Both the position numbers and the translations under genes were made by a program. DNA of 64,000 bases, taken from positions 5,766,001 through 5,830,000 of the forward strand of contig CM120647.1 of assembly GCA_051362555.1 (NCBI GenBank), in the 5' to 3' direction. The notes under the pieces are model-generated. The model searched no databases, was not told the origin of the DNA, and saw only the letters and a program-made list of their open reading frames with translations. This stretch comes from Lingula anatina. Lineage: Eukaryota > Animalia > Brachiopoda. Each line of letters begins with the position of its first letter. Position 1 is the stretch's first letter. This document shows, piece by piece, positions 13,251 through 25,469 of the stretch.

Positions 13251-16200
13251 AACTTCAGTAAGTTTAAAAATTGTTAATCTCTTACTTTTTTAAGTTCGGA
13301 GAAAATCCAATTTGATAAGCATAAATTTATTTATTTATCAATTTATTTATTTGCTGCATTGTTTAACGTTGTAAAGGTTAAACTCGCATTGCTTACCTGC
13401 AAACTAATATATATCATACGGTTTACTTGATAATTCCTAACAAGCTTATATGTACTTTTTTTACTTTAGGCACTAGTGTGGCTGCAATAAGAGAGTGACC
13501 ACATAAAGCTTTCGTATTTTGTCTTCATTTCGAATTAAGTGTGAAAAATTAATGATGAAAATAAATTGCAGCCGAAAAATAGAAAAAAGCCAGTTATTTT
13601 TGTTGATACTGCTAAAGTTTGAAATCTTAAACATAGAAATGAGGTCTTATTTATTATTCAAGAATTCATCACGTTGGATTTGGTGTTTATTTTTCATCCT
13701 TCTTGCAAATTTTCATTCATGTTGTTTATCTAATTCTGTTCATAATACCGCGAGTTACGTTACATAATCAGCGGCTTGAAGTAAAAATATATATTTAAGG
13801 CAAAACAGTAGTTTGTTCCAATCCCTGCGAGTGTGTCTAGAAACCCTTCAAACCACCCCTTTTTTTGGTCGGAGGTGGTATTCGGGGCTAACTCGTTGTC
13901 GGACCTAGGAGTGCAGCACTGGTGGTCGAAGACCGGTAAAATTCTGTATGTCGGCCGGAATTTAAAGTAAACTTAGGCTATTCACGGTGACATTCGGGTA
14001 GCGACGAAATACCTAAGTGCTGCACATGTATGTCAGCGACATGCACTTGGGAAATTCGTCGGACACCAGGCTATATGATATAAATAAATAAAAGAACAAT
14101 TTTCAGAATTAACTCGTGTGAATATAAAGTACACGCACTTATTCAAAGTATACAACAGCTGCACCGATTGATTTTCAAAGCAATAATAGCCCCCTTGACG
14201 GCGGAGTTCAAACAGGACGAATAAACTTATTATACAACCCTCATCCGCCTTGAGTTTCATGAAAGTGTGCAATAAATCTCCGAAAATTTATTCACCTCTG
14301 TTAGAATACATTTTGGGCGTTTATTCTCTATTCAGCATTTGCAAGGATTGAAAATATCGATGACTATGCGCGTTTTTGTCATGCGTTTTCCATCACTCAA
14401 CTCTCATTCTCCCTGAAATACGAGATAGAGGGGGTACAAACACATGTTACAACCAAGAAATATCCAACTACAAATGCAAGCTGTTTTAAGACACGTGTTA
14501 TTCAATGAAGTTTTCTGAACTTTGTGCTTTCATTTAGATAAAATAAGCGGTGCAAAAGTGACGGGAGTTCTTTAAAAGTTCTTTAAAAGTTAGAATTCCC
14601 ATTACATCATGTAAATTGTTTTTCTCTCTGAACTGCTGGCAAAAGTTTTGTTAAAAATGCGTGACAAATGAGAGTGCTGTTGAAAACTTACAAAAGATAT
14701 AAAGTCGCAGCTTAATTTGAACGCAAAGGCAATCAGTGGAAAAGCGCGCTGGAACTGAGTACTTTTTAACTGCTGATTCAAGCTCAGATATCGATGTTGA
14801 AAAAGATCTGACACCCAGAATCCGGACTTAAGATATACTGAAGTGCAAATACTAACTTTTAACTGCATTAAGTCTGGCTGACATTCAAGCACATGCAGCT
14901 GTACTTGCAGTAATTTGTCGGTGCTCATCAGTTTACCTGTTTGTCTTTATTCTATTTTACATTTTCTTTGTGCTATCTTTCATTTTCTTTATTTTTTTCT
15001 TCAATGCGTTTTTTTTTACTCAAAAAAGTTTAAATAAGTTATCAATTGCATGTCATATAAAGCGTGTTTCCTGATCATGTTTTTTTGGGTCTAGACTGAA
15101 TGTATATCCTTTACGCAACCCCAGTATTTCTTTTTTAATCTTAGAACCAAAAATGGGCGGGATATTCCCACTGGCTAGTAACTAATTTTCAGCGGCAAAT
15201 AAAATCACGCAGAAGAACCTTCTCTTAATTAGCAATGAATTAATACCCTAAACTTATGTTACTACATATATCTTTGCAGCTTTCAAAATATCAATTTTGC
15301 ATGTACTTTAATTATAATTCTGCCTCCCTGCCTCTGCCTTCATTCAGATATAATTTCTTTTTTCCCAATTCTGAGTGTAGACAACTCTCTGCGATGCCCT
15401 TTACCCCAATCCAAATATTTTTTTATCTCGTTTTCCATTATTCCATTTATTCAAATCCTGCAGAGAGAGCAAAGTCGATCCCGCTTGCGCACAATCACCT
15501 TCAATAATATCACGTCAAATACAATCGCAACAGGAACTAAATTTCACACTGTCACACCTACCGCAATGAGAATAAATTAACCTCAGGTTTACTAAATTGA
15601 TTGGCTAGATTTTTTGACTGCCAGGCCTTTATCCCTATACATTTTGGACAGAAATCACAAATTGAAGTACTTTCATTTGAAAGGCCTCATCGTTTGTAAT
15701 GTCCGAACCAGGGGGAAAAACACAAAGCTTTGCCGGATATTAAAAGCGTACAGTACAAAGTTTGAATTTTTGGTGCGAGTTGGCTAGCCAACCAGAGGAG
15801 CAAAGGGGTTGGAGGGGGGGGGGGGGGGTTCACGTGACAGCTCTTCAACTTGGACTCGTCCTTGATATCATTCCATTCCCAACTGATTTTTCTTATTTCG
15901 ATCATTCTGCAATAATAGGTTATTTCATTTGTGATACTGGGACAGTGGGGGTTCTTTTGGCTCAATCAACTAATCTGACACTCTTCAGAGTTTAGAGATA
16001 GGAAAGAAAACAACGCAACGTGGTAAAACTCGATCACCCCTGCTCACAATCACCTATAGCAATACCAAGCCCAAAACAATCCAAAAGTAACACAATTGCA
16101 TTCACACTGTCTCAACTAACGCAATTTGGACGAACTGACCTCCTCTGAAACGCAGTAAATTAACATCCTTTTCTCCTGCAAAATTGATTGCACTAAAAGT

Positions 16201-16479
16201 GGTTACAGTATTATCTTTGGTGAGTTACATTAATTTTGGGAGTAGAAAGGGAATCCCCGAAACTAAAAGTGGGAAGGGGGGGGGGGGGGTGGGCGCAGGG
16301 TCCATTGCGAGTGCACCCCTAAACAAGATCCTCCATTTATACATGTATATAAAATCTATTGTATATTCACCATTCATTCTATGAAATTACATGTTTCCAT
16401 ACTTTTCATACTTTTTATATCATTTAGAAATTCAGAAGCAAACATTATCTTGAGGTCAATCATAATGGTACATCTGCAG

Positions 16480-16760
16480 TTTCGAAGCAAACGCATTTAC
16501 AAATATGTGTGAGATGAAGAAATTTGACCCAAAGCACATTAACAACCTACTGATAAAAACTGCCGATTAAAGTCATTTTCTCATATTTTATTATCTTAAA
16601 AGATTTAAATCTTAAAGATTTTGCAGAATTTTAGGTGCTCCCCTTTTCTGCGAAAATGGCATTAATAAGTTTTTTAAATCAGTAGCTTGCGTATGTGTTT
16701 GAAGTAAAGTTAATCATCTCACCCAAATTCGGGAACTCAAATTCGTTTATTTCGGCCTGG
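16480..16760. repeat. Degenerate inverted repeat (old foldback/MITE-like element)
   Basis: Paired segments gtgagatga/tcatctcac and ctactgataaaaact/agttttttaaatcagtag around a centre near 16600-16640. Confidence 0.35.
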
Positions 16761-17609
16761 TCAGAAATTCAGAAACCAATAGTCTTTCTGACATTTCGGA
16801 GGGAGATATCGACACAAGGTACTTTTACACGAGGGGTTTTTATCATTTAGGGCCCTAACTGTGTGAAATAAGCAACCTTGCAGGATATGTTAACACAAAA
16901 ATATGGACATTTTATTAACACGCAAAGATCATGAGGTTAAATTACGTATTCCAACACTAAAAAACGACTTTAAATTTTCTTAACTAAATGTAGAAATATG
17001 AAATGTTAATGAATTCAAGGTATTTGACCTTATTACGGGAATTTATTTTCCCCGGTTAATCGTGTTGATATCTGATTAGCAAATTAAATCTAAATATTTA
17101 ATTATTTCTTTGAAACTATTATATCTAGTAGATGTTTAAGCCTATTAAAACACCTCGAATGTACTTAGTTCTATTTAAATGTTCAAATGCATACATAGTC
17201 AGATTCTGTTTATTTTAGCTTCACACTGTTATTGTTGATATAGGAGGCGATGGGCGTATCGAAGGACTAAAGGACTATCTTAATTGCCTCTGGAAGATTC
17301 CCTAGTTGATCAAATTATAAAGAGAAGGAGAAGTTTCGATTAATATGAGTGGGTCGTGTTGGAATCTCACTCCGCTTGTTAATTCATTTGAACATTTGTA
17401 AAAGAAACTAAGCGGGGCAATTGGACGGTAACAAGATCTGAATTAAACTCAAGACTCAGTTTATCAATGCTGTTCATCTTCAAGGTGTGTTTGTCACAAT
17501 TAAAGAATCAGAGAATCAAAACAACGGTAGACGAAGAATGCAAATCTGATCAGGTTTCCGAACCACACGGCTAAATCTGGAAAAGGAAATTCCGTTGTCA
17601 GTTCTCTAA

Positions 17610-17850
17610 GATTGGGTTCCCATACTCAGATCGATCCATCTGGATCGACCTAACTCTCTGGGGTACACTCTAAATTGCTATCAGCTCAAGAGGCTTAACT
17701 CTGTCACGCCTACCGAATCAGCTAGGGGTAAAGATAATTACCTCTTAACAGTTTTACTACTCGTGACAGACGTTTTAAGCCGTTTAGTTTGACAGCAATT
17801 TAGTGAGACTCCCCAGGGAGATTGATCCAAATATATGTGGGAATGGTCCC
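17610..17850. mobile_element. Harbinger/Tourist-like MITE, inverted relative of 35089-35303
   Basis: Shared motifs gatcgacctaactc, gagactcccc and terminal ttcccata/tgggaat; TAA/TTA flanks. Confidence 0.55.
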
Positions 17851-18072
17851 TTATACATACCCAGTAGGTGCAGTTAAAAGATACGAATTTTCCGTTCTGA
17901 AATGCTCGGGCCAAATCGAATATTCCTCGGGAAAATAGATAACTTATCATACTCACGAATCATCGATCGACGCGTCCATACACTTGGATTCTATGTTTTA
18001 AACCATTTAGAAGTAGATTATTATAATATTTTTTTTATCACTGACCAGTCCCGTATATTTCGGAAGGACGTA

Positions 18073-18337
18073 CACTGTAAAAACAGTGTTTAGCACTTAA
18101 ACACATTTCTTAGCGCCTGTTTTGTCTCAGTGCTTAGCCAATGTGCTTAGCTTGTGATAGACTTGTTATAGAATCATATGCCGTGAAGCTAAACACATAG
18201 CTAAACGTGTTACACTGCCAACGTGTCTAGCTTCTGTGAAACGCTTAAAAAGCTATACGTGCTTATTTCTAAATGCGTATAGGTGCCCAACGTGTGTTGT
18301 ATGTATTTAAATGCTAAACAAAGTTGTTTATACAGTG
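18073..18337. mobile_element. MITE with CACTGTA(A/T)AAACA terminal inverted repeats, flanked by TA
   Basis: ta|cactgtaaaaacagtgtttagcac...atgctaaacaaagttgtttatacagtg|ta. Confidence 0.7.
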
Positions 18338-18929
18338 TACACGAATCGACATTAGGTTTGTTTTATCCGAGGGATTTGACTGTTTAAAAGCTCTGAATTT
18401 GGAAAAATAAGTAGCCTTCAAGGATAACGTTGGCAGATTATATACCTATATTTTCAAATGTGGATAGTATAGCATAAAGAAGTCGGTTAAGGATAATAAA
18501 GGTACAGATCCATAGTTTTGTCAAGCAGAAAGGGGCTCCTTTTCAAACGTGTATAGTATACCTTTGAGAAAAATTGGTCAGTTACCTGTATAAAACTTTA
18601 AATGGCCACCTGTCTTTCTAAGCTTTGTCGTAGACTTTTTGGGAAAATTGAGATGAATTTTTTTATAACTTAAATTTGAAGAATACATATGTTAGGTGTG
18701 TAGATAACGCTTGCATAGATTTGCTGATTCTTTCATCGTACCAGTACATTCTATTTTCATCGTGCCAAAACACTTCGTGGAAAAGATTAAGTCAGTCGGT
18801 AACTGAGGAATTGGAAATTGAGCGTTGGAATTTCTTAGATATTTTTTGCGAAAAATGTGAATAGGTAAAAAAAAAAAAAATCAGTCGGTGTACGTGTAAC
18901 GCAGGCATGGAGATTTAAAGGAATGCCAT

Positions 18930-19133
18930 CGCCCACTGAAATGAAGGACACGCTATTCCATTTGCATTGATTGACCAGTGTTGCACGTGACTCGAGAGTG
19001 GAACAGGTCAACGCCCACTAAAATGATTGATGGACTTCACTTGCTTTCTATTGGTTAGTCAATGGTGCCACGTGACTCAAAGGTGGAGCTTCCAAGCCTT
19101 TATATGTCACGTTCGCCGCACGGAGAGCCATTC
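18930..19133 (+). promoter_or_regulatory. Putative promoter of defensin-like gene B with a locally duplicated E-box module
   Basis: CACGTGACTC at 18984 and 19069, ATTGG 19050, TTTATA 19099, GCCATTC 19127; cgcccact.aaatga repeated at ~18930 and ~19012. Confidence 0.55.
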
Positions 19134-19147
19134 TTCTTGTTATCAAG

Positions 19148-19995
19148 ATGAACTCTCTCAAAGTTGTTGCGCTGTTTGTGGTGATTTTGTCGGTTTTGTT
19201 GCTCGAAGTGGAGAGCAGTCAAACGGCTGGACTAGGGTCCTATGTGAGCATTGTCTATATCAGAAATAATAAATTGAGCGACTTCGATGACAAAAAAGGT
19301 AAGTTATTTTTTCCTATAGACATTTATGCTGTAGTAAGCGCACGGCAGAGTTATACAATATTTTTTCATTTTTAAGAATTCATTGTTGATGAGGCTCACT
19401 AGTATTTTAGAAACACAACCACTAGGAGGGTGAATTGCATATTATATTGTGTAATGTGTTTAATTCTTGGGTTTTCTAGTAAGGAATTGCTCGTGAACAA
19501 GAGTCCCCCCCCCCCCAAAAAAAAAAATTAGAAAGCCTCCTTGAATTTTTCTTGCTAGAGTGCTTATAACGAGTTTCACAAGGGACTACTTGCAACCAAC
19601 ACAGTCACTGATTTGTATAAGTTGGTGCACTATTTCTAAATTTGTTTTTTACTTACAGTCTTTTATAAATTAACGAATATACTGACTATTTGATAATGTT
19701 CTAATTATCGTACAGGAAAATGAATTAGTATTGTATAGTTACAGTTTTGCTGAATCGGATTCGAATAAAATGTCTTCATGATCGTTGACTAGTCTTGCGT
19801 ATCCTAGGACATTTCACGGTTAATGTTCGTCGTATTTTATGTATTATAGTTGGAGCAAAACAGCAAGTCGTGCACCTTGGAAAGAAAGGCGGGAAATGCC
19901 GCGAGAGAAAATGTTGGAGGGCTTGTTATTACTTGCTGCAACGGGGAGGACAGTGTTCCGATGACAGAAAAATGTGCGCCTGTTTCGAAGAGTGA
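19148..19995 (+). CDS. Secreted CS-alpha-beta defensin-like peptide B (98 aa); coding exons 19148-19298 and 19850-19995; 3'UTR exon from 20344
   Basis: MNSLKVVALFVVILSVLLLEVES signal peptide; phase-1 intron (aaag|gtaagt...ttatag|tt); VGAKQQVVHLGKKGGKCRERKCWRACYYLLQRGGQCSDDRKMCACFEE*; same Cys spacing and exon structure as gene A; AATAAA 20438-20443. Confidence 0.88.
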
Positions 19996-22416
19996 AACAA
20001 CAGTAAGTTGTTCACCTTTGGATTTCTTCTTTTAATCCATCACTGGATATCTTCTTTTAATTCTAGGTTCCTTTTAATTAATTGAATTGTTTATTTATGC
20101 ACCCGTATGCAGTCATGGATTTATTTTATTTGAAAATTATTAGCTATATTGTTTGTTTTGCATTTATTTATATGACGATTAACATTTTAATTAAGCACTC
20201 GAAGGTTTTCTATAATTTTATTCGTATTTATTTATTCAGTGTGACAAAAGATTTAACGCGCATTCTATTCCTCAACAATACATCAAATTATCTAATTGAT
20301 AATTCCTTAGGGGCTAATTTGTTGCGTTTTTTATTCTTTCTAGGTATGCTACGGCTGCAGCAAAGAGACCGACGGCGGAAAATATTCAAATTTTTTTCTT
20401 CAATTCTAAATTTACTGTGAAAATTGATCAATGAAAAAATAAAATGCAGCCAAAAATAGCTCATTCTTGTCGTTAAATACTGCAAACACGGCCAGGCTTT
20501 TTCAATCATTGAAAAATTGAAAGTTTGTGAAAATTATATCTAATTAGGAACTTAATAAGTTAATGAGTTGGGACTGTTGTTTTTAGATAATGTCTTTCTT
20601 TATTTCAAGATTCCATTCATATGTTACTGTTTATCTTTTGCGTTACCAAGTGAGCGACATAAATATGTCCCAATAGCTCGATCTTCCAATGTTTTTATTG
20701 AATGGGAATGTGCTTGAAAACATATTTTTCGTCTATCAAGTGCTTTCAAACGAGTTTTAACTCTTAAAACCCAGGGAAGGTTTGATAAATTTAATTATTC
20801 AGAACATAACGTCACCCTCTTTTTTTTCTTATGAACTGACATTTACAAAATCGGAAAGGCAAGCATAATCGTCATTTGAATTAGTTTTCTTTTCTACACA
20901 TATTGCACGTTTTAAATGGGATTTGTTTACTTTTAAGAATTAAAATTCTCATACGATTACCTACGAAACTGAGTCGAGAAGACAAAAATGATACGCGTGG
21001 AAGCAGATTAAATTATATCCATGTATATGTATGCTGATTCTGGTCTCCCTTGTTGAAAATGCATCCTTACATTAAGATATGATCTGGTCCACTTCGGAGA
21101 CTCTTTCCATATCGAGCGATACAGTTTTCCGTAACGCACCAGTTTGACAGGCCCTTGCATGTACTTTCTGTATGGTTGGTTGTGTGGTGGTAAACAAACC
21201 AATGCACCAATCAAAATTATTCTGTAGACAGATTGCGTGTTGAGCATTTACTCCTTTCAGGAGACCCTTTTATGATATTTAAGCCAAACTATTCTCTCAG
21301 AATCAAGCATGAAAATATAGCATACATGTGCCTTTCGATGCGAAAAAGGGTCATGTAGTTTGCAGAATTTTTTTCTTGATCGTGTTTACGTGCAGCACAA
21401 CGGTGGGCAATATAATCTTCTCTAACGCAATCTTCTCCAGCGCAATACTTTCTAACACAATCGCTTCAACGCGATGGATTCGCACATGAGACGTAATTGA
21501 TGCGTAGAATCTTGACTGTCTAAATCAGCCACATTCAGATCTATTACAAAAAGATTAATTTTTTTCTCAATTCCCATTGTGTGGCATTGTAAGTAAACAA
21601 CATTTTTAGCCTGTGGAGGCCGTCTTGTGCACTACTCAAAGAGCCGGATTCAAGATCTTGTCTAAACTTTTAGACCACGTTTTGAGTCCATTTTGTAAAT
21701 CAGCAGTTGATTAATCGAATGAAACCGTACTCCCATTATGTAACACGACATACATGGCTGTTGTTTCAAAATAATATTTACTTTATTTAAAGGTACATAC
21801 GAACCGAGCATCGGTGGAGCGTGGATTCCAAGTAACACATGTAAACCACATCTACTAGATTCTCATATGGTTCAAATAAATTCGACATGCCAAGGGATAA
21901 ACTGAATAGATCACTCGATCAGCCATAAAAGACCTTTAGACTGCTCCTTTCTTTAAATTTTTGGTTGTAAATTTAACCTACTTTCGTGACCTACATGTAC
22001 TTTCCTGCCCCATTGACATACAGCTTAGAATGCCAGCAGAAAAATCCGTTCAAACATCATTTTTCTCTTAGTTATACTACTTGAAACTATATGCTGGCAT
22101 TTGGTTGATTTTTGTGACAAAAAATTGACTTTGTATGCATCTTTAAGCAAGCTTCTGTGAAAGTATCAGGAACTACAATTAACTAACTTTCTGTCTTAAA
22201 GTTCAGGCCAAAATTCGGGGTAAAATTCTCTTACGAAACTGCCGTGACCAAACAAAATGCTTGTCTGTTGGCGTATAAATTCCCTCGGAGTCGAAAGTCA
22301 GAATTTCGAATCTAGGTTGTTGCGTGATCCGGCACATCCTCGTTTCACATAATGCCCAACGGGTAAGTTTGTAGTTCATTACTTTATAAAATGTCTTAAA
22401 CATCAAATACAGAATG

Positions 22417-25400
22417 TCAGTTGTCATTTCCTGGATCAAACCCGTTGAACCTAAAAGTCGGCCCCGCATTTGGACCAATATCAGGGTTTCCCCCATGTAT
22501 CAAAGGAGTCTGAACAAGTTTTTGCCCTTGGACATACAAGGCATGCATCAAACCGATGCAGTTTCTCAGTTCAGTTGGAAAACCGTTGAAGCATTTCTGA
22601 AGACAATACAAGAGTCCAGAGTACATTCGGGTAAACACGTCCGCCATCATCACAGCCATGGAATTGTTCTCTAATTTGCCGACCGTAGGATTCGGCACCA
22701 TCGGCCAGACGCCTTCACTACTAAACGCAATCCTTGGCCCTGAATATGAGTAGACCGTTTTACATTTCACTGGCGTTTCGGTCTGAGGAGAGAAGATATT
22801 TTCATAATCAGTGGGTGAGTACTTGCCCTTTCTTTTGCAACGCTTTTGGTTATTATCTACCGCCTCCGTGCTTTCTGGACTTACCAACGAGCGTTTGCAC
22901 TTGTCACTCGAATATGACCTCTTTGCGCATGCTCTGTCTTCATCAAGACAAGACCCCCTCGATATCCTAACCTCCCTACCGTAAACAATCTCCGCAAACT
23001 TGAAGTAGTGTGACAGATCGTGGGGGCGGTAAACTGGCGTACATACGTCACTTCCTTCCCCTTGTTCTGTTATAATATCAATGGCTTTTAATGCCGAATG
23101 AAGATCTACTATAGCAAAAGGAAACAACGAAGCGTCTCTCCCGTACCAAAAGGTTGCGTTAATTTGTGTTGACACATTCCCAGTAAAAATTGGCGCAACT
23201 TGAGTTTTACTCAGCGTGATCAGTAATTCTTTGATGCGGTTATAGAAAGTGGAAATCGCTCCTCTTGTATCTCTATAAGAACAGAGGTGCCGACAGCCTG
23301 TAGTGGTACTGGCTGAACAAGCCTGTTGGAAAAAGCCATCTCCACTCACGTGTAACTTGCATTCAGCACAAAGCAACTGGGATGGTTTCTCGATCTCCAT
23401 GAATATAGTTTCAATGTACTCTCGGCTCAGTTTCTGCAGCGAGACAACCAGATCTGGACGTACTCCCCCCGGTAGCTTACTGGGATAGAGCGGGGCATTT
23501 AATGTGGAGGCGATGGATGGGGACCCGCCAATCGCATTCAGCAGATTCCCCACTAGGGCCATGTGAAGCATCTCCTGGACCACAACACTTCTGATCCGCC
23601 GCCCTATCTCCACGTTGAACCCCTCTTTTATGGACATCAGTGCGGTCAGGTACGGTGGAATAGTGCTCAGTTCAAGTTCCAGAGCTTGCTGGAGTAGGCT
23701 GCGGAGATTCTCGATAGTTGGCGCAGGCTGACCTAGTACTGGGTTTTCAAGCCAGCCCAACATCATCTTTCTTTTACGCTTTGACAAATCCCGCGTTGTC
23801 GGCATGTGATGGGGATCATCGATGGGCAAAGACAGAACAGCCTTCATCTTATCCTTGTTCTCCAACACGCTGTGAAAATCAGTGAGATGAACAAAAGACC
23901 GCATAACGGGAAACAGATTGTGATAGGGCTCCAGTGTAGGTAACACGTGGTCGTACCACGTGGGCGTGTCGGGCACGTGGTAGATTTGAAACACACGTGC
24001 TCCAAAATGAAACAGCGCTGCGTCAGATATGCCTCCATAACTCATGTTGATAAAGAGAAGATAAAGCTGTGAGCCCTGAAGTTCTACAACATGAGGATAC
24101 GGGGCTCCCTCCATGGGATCATACGCCATCAGCGGGATATTTGCCAACCCGCCATTCTCTGTGACCACAAACGGCGGGAAGGACAAGGCAGACTGGGGAG
24201 TGCTGAAACCCGTGGTGCAGGGCCCGCATATCTGCATGGGGCAGTGTTCCCCACCATAGTTCAGGCTTAACTCAACACCAGGCTGCGGGTCGCCAAATTT
24301 GCTTGCGAACAAGTGAAAAGACCACGCTTCTCCTGGCTCCTTTCTGTAAGTATTGGTGATCATAGCTCCAACCGTTAACCCGTGGTGTCTCTCCACCAAT
24401 ACCGGTTTTTGGCAGACCAAAGTTCCATTTTCTTTCTTGTATTTAAATATTACAAGCGGAGAGACATGCAATTGTTCTTTAATGGCCTTTCCTGACAGAG
24501 TTTCAGTTAAATTCAGAGTTACCACCCCAGCTGTTCTTTCATACCAATACTCGGTGGTGTAGTTAATTTCACCGGCGTACACGACCTGCGAGTTACAGTC
24601 CACCTCAGAGTTTTCACCCAAAGCAGGCCGAAAACCAACGTACAACCTCCCCAGTGTCTGGGTATTAAAGCTACCACTGAATGAACTCCGGAAGCTATTC
24701 CCTACGTCGATGGTAAGCAAATTCATGGCATGGTCAATTGTGAAAGGGGCGTGGCAGAAGGGTCCAGTGCATTCACTATCACCCGCCTGGAGTTGTCTGG
24801 TAAATCTCATGAAAGGGATGGAGTCATTGGGATGGTGAGGTCCTATCGTCCCAACGAGTCTCCCTAAGCGAAACTTATCACTGGCAACCCTGCTGTCGTA
24901 TTGGTCCAGATTAAACTTAACGGCAAGGGCCAGCGGGTTGGTCTCCCTCAACTCGTCAAGAAATCGGGACTCAAAATCAGGATCCCCGTCCATCCACGTG
25001 AGGTTCGTAAGGACCGATTTAAACTGGGCCCCGGCACTGAAGGTGGAGAGGTTGGGCGTCTCGATGCACCGCAGCCACATCTGCTGCACTGGGGTCGGCG
25101 TGAGGGCGGCACGGATGATCTGGCCTACCTGCAGCTTCATGCCGTGGATGTTGGACAGGGTGTCGCAGGTGGGGCTGATGTCGACCAGTTTAGCAGGTGC
25201 ACGATCGAACCAGTCTAGATTTTAGATTAAAAAAAAAAAGACAAAAGAGGGTAAAACCAGAAGTAGCTGTATAAGAATTAAAGTACATGTACCTGAAGTA
25301 AGAGGAAGCGAAGCAGAAGGCAAATAAGGAATAGCACCAGTAGCATTACAACACATTGCAGTAGTAGTAGTGGTGGCAGTAGTAGTAGCAGCAGCAGCAT

Positions 25401-25438
25401 GCGAAGGAAGTGATGGTAGAAGAAGTAGCAGCTAGTGT

Positions 25439-25469
<31 letters not shown>

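Noticed and set aside
22417-25140. VioB-like ORF as bacterial contamination, or as a complete 907-aa gene
   Set aside because: It splices in frame to three upstream GT-AG exons that restore the family N-terminus, and it sits among animal repeats with no operon neighbours.
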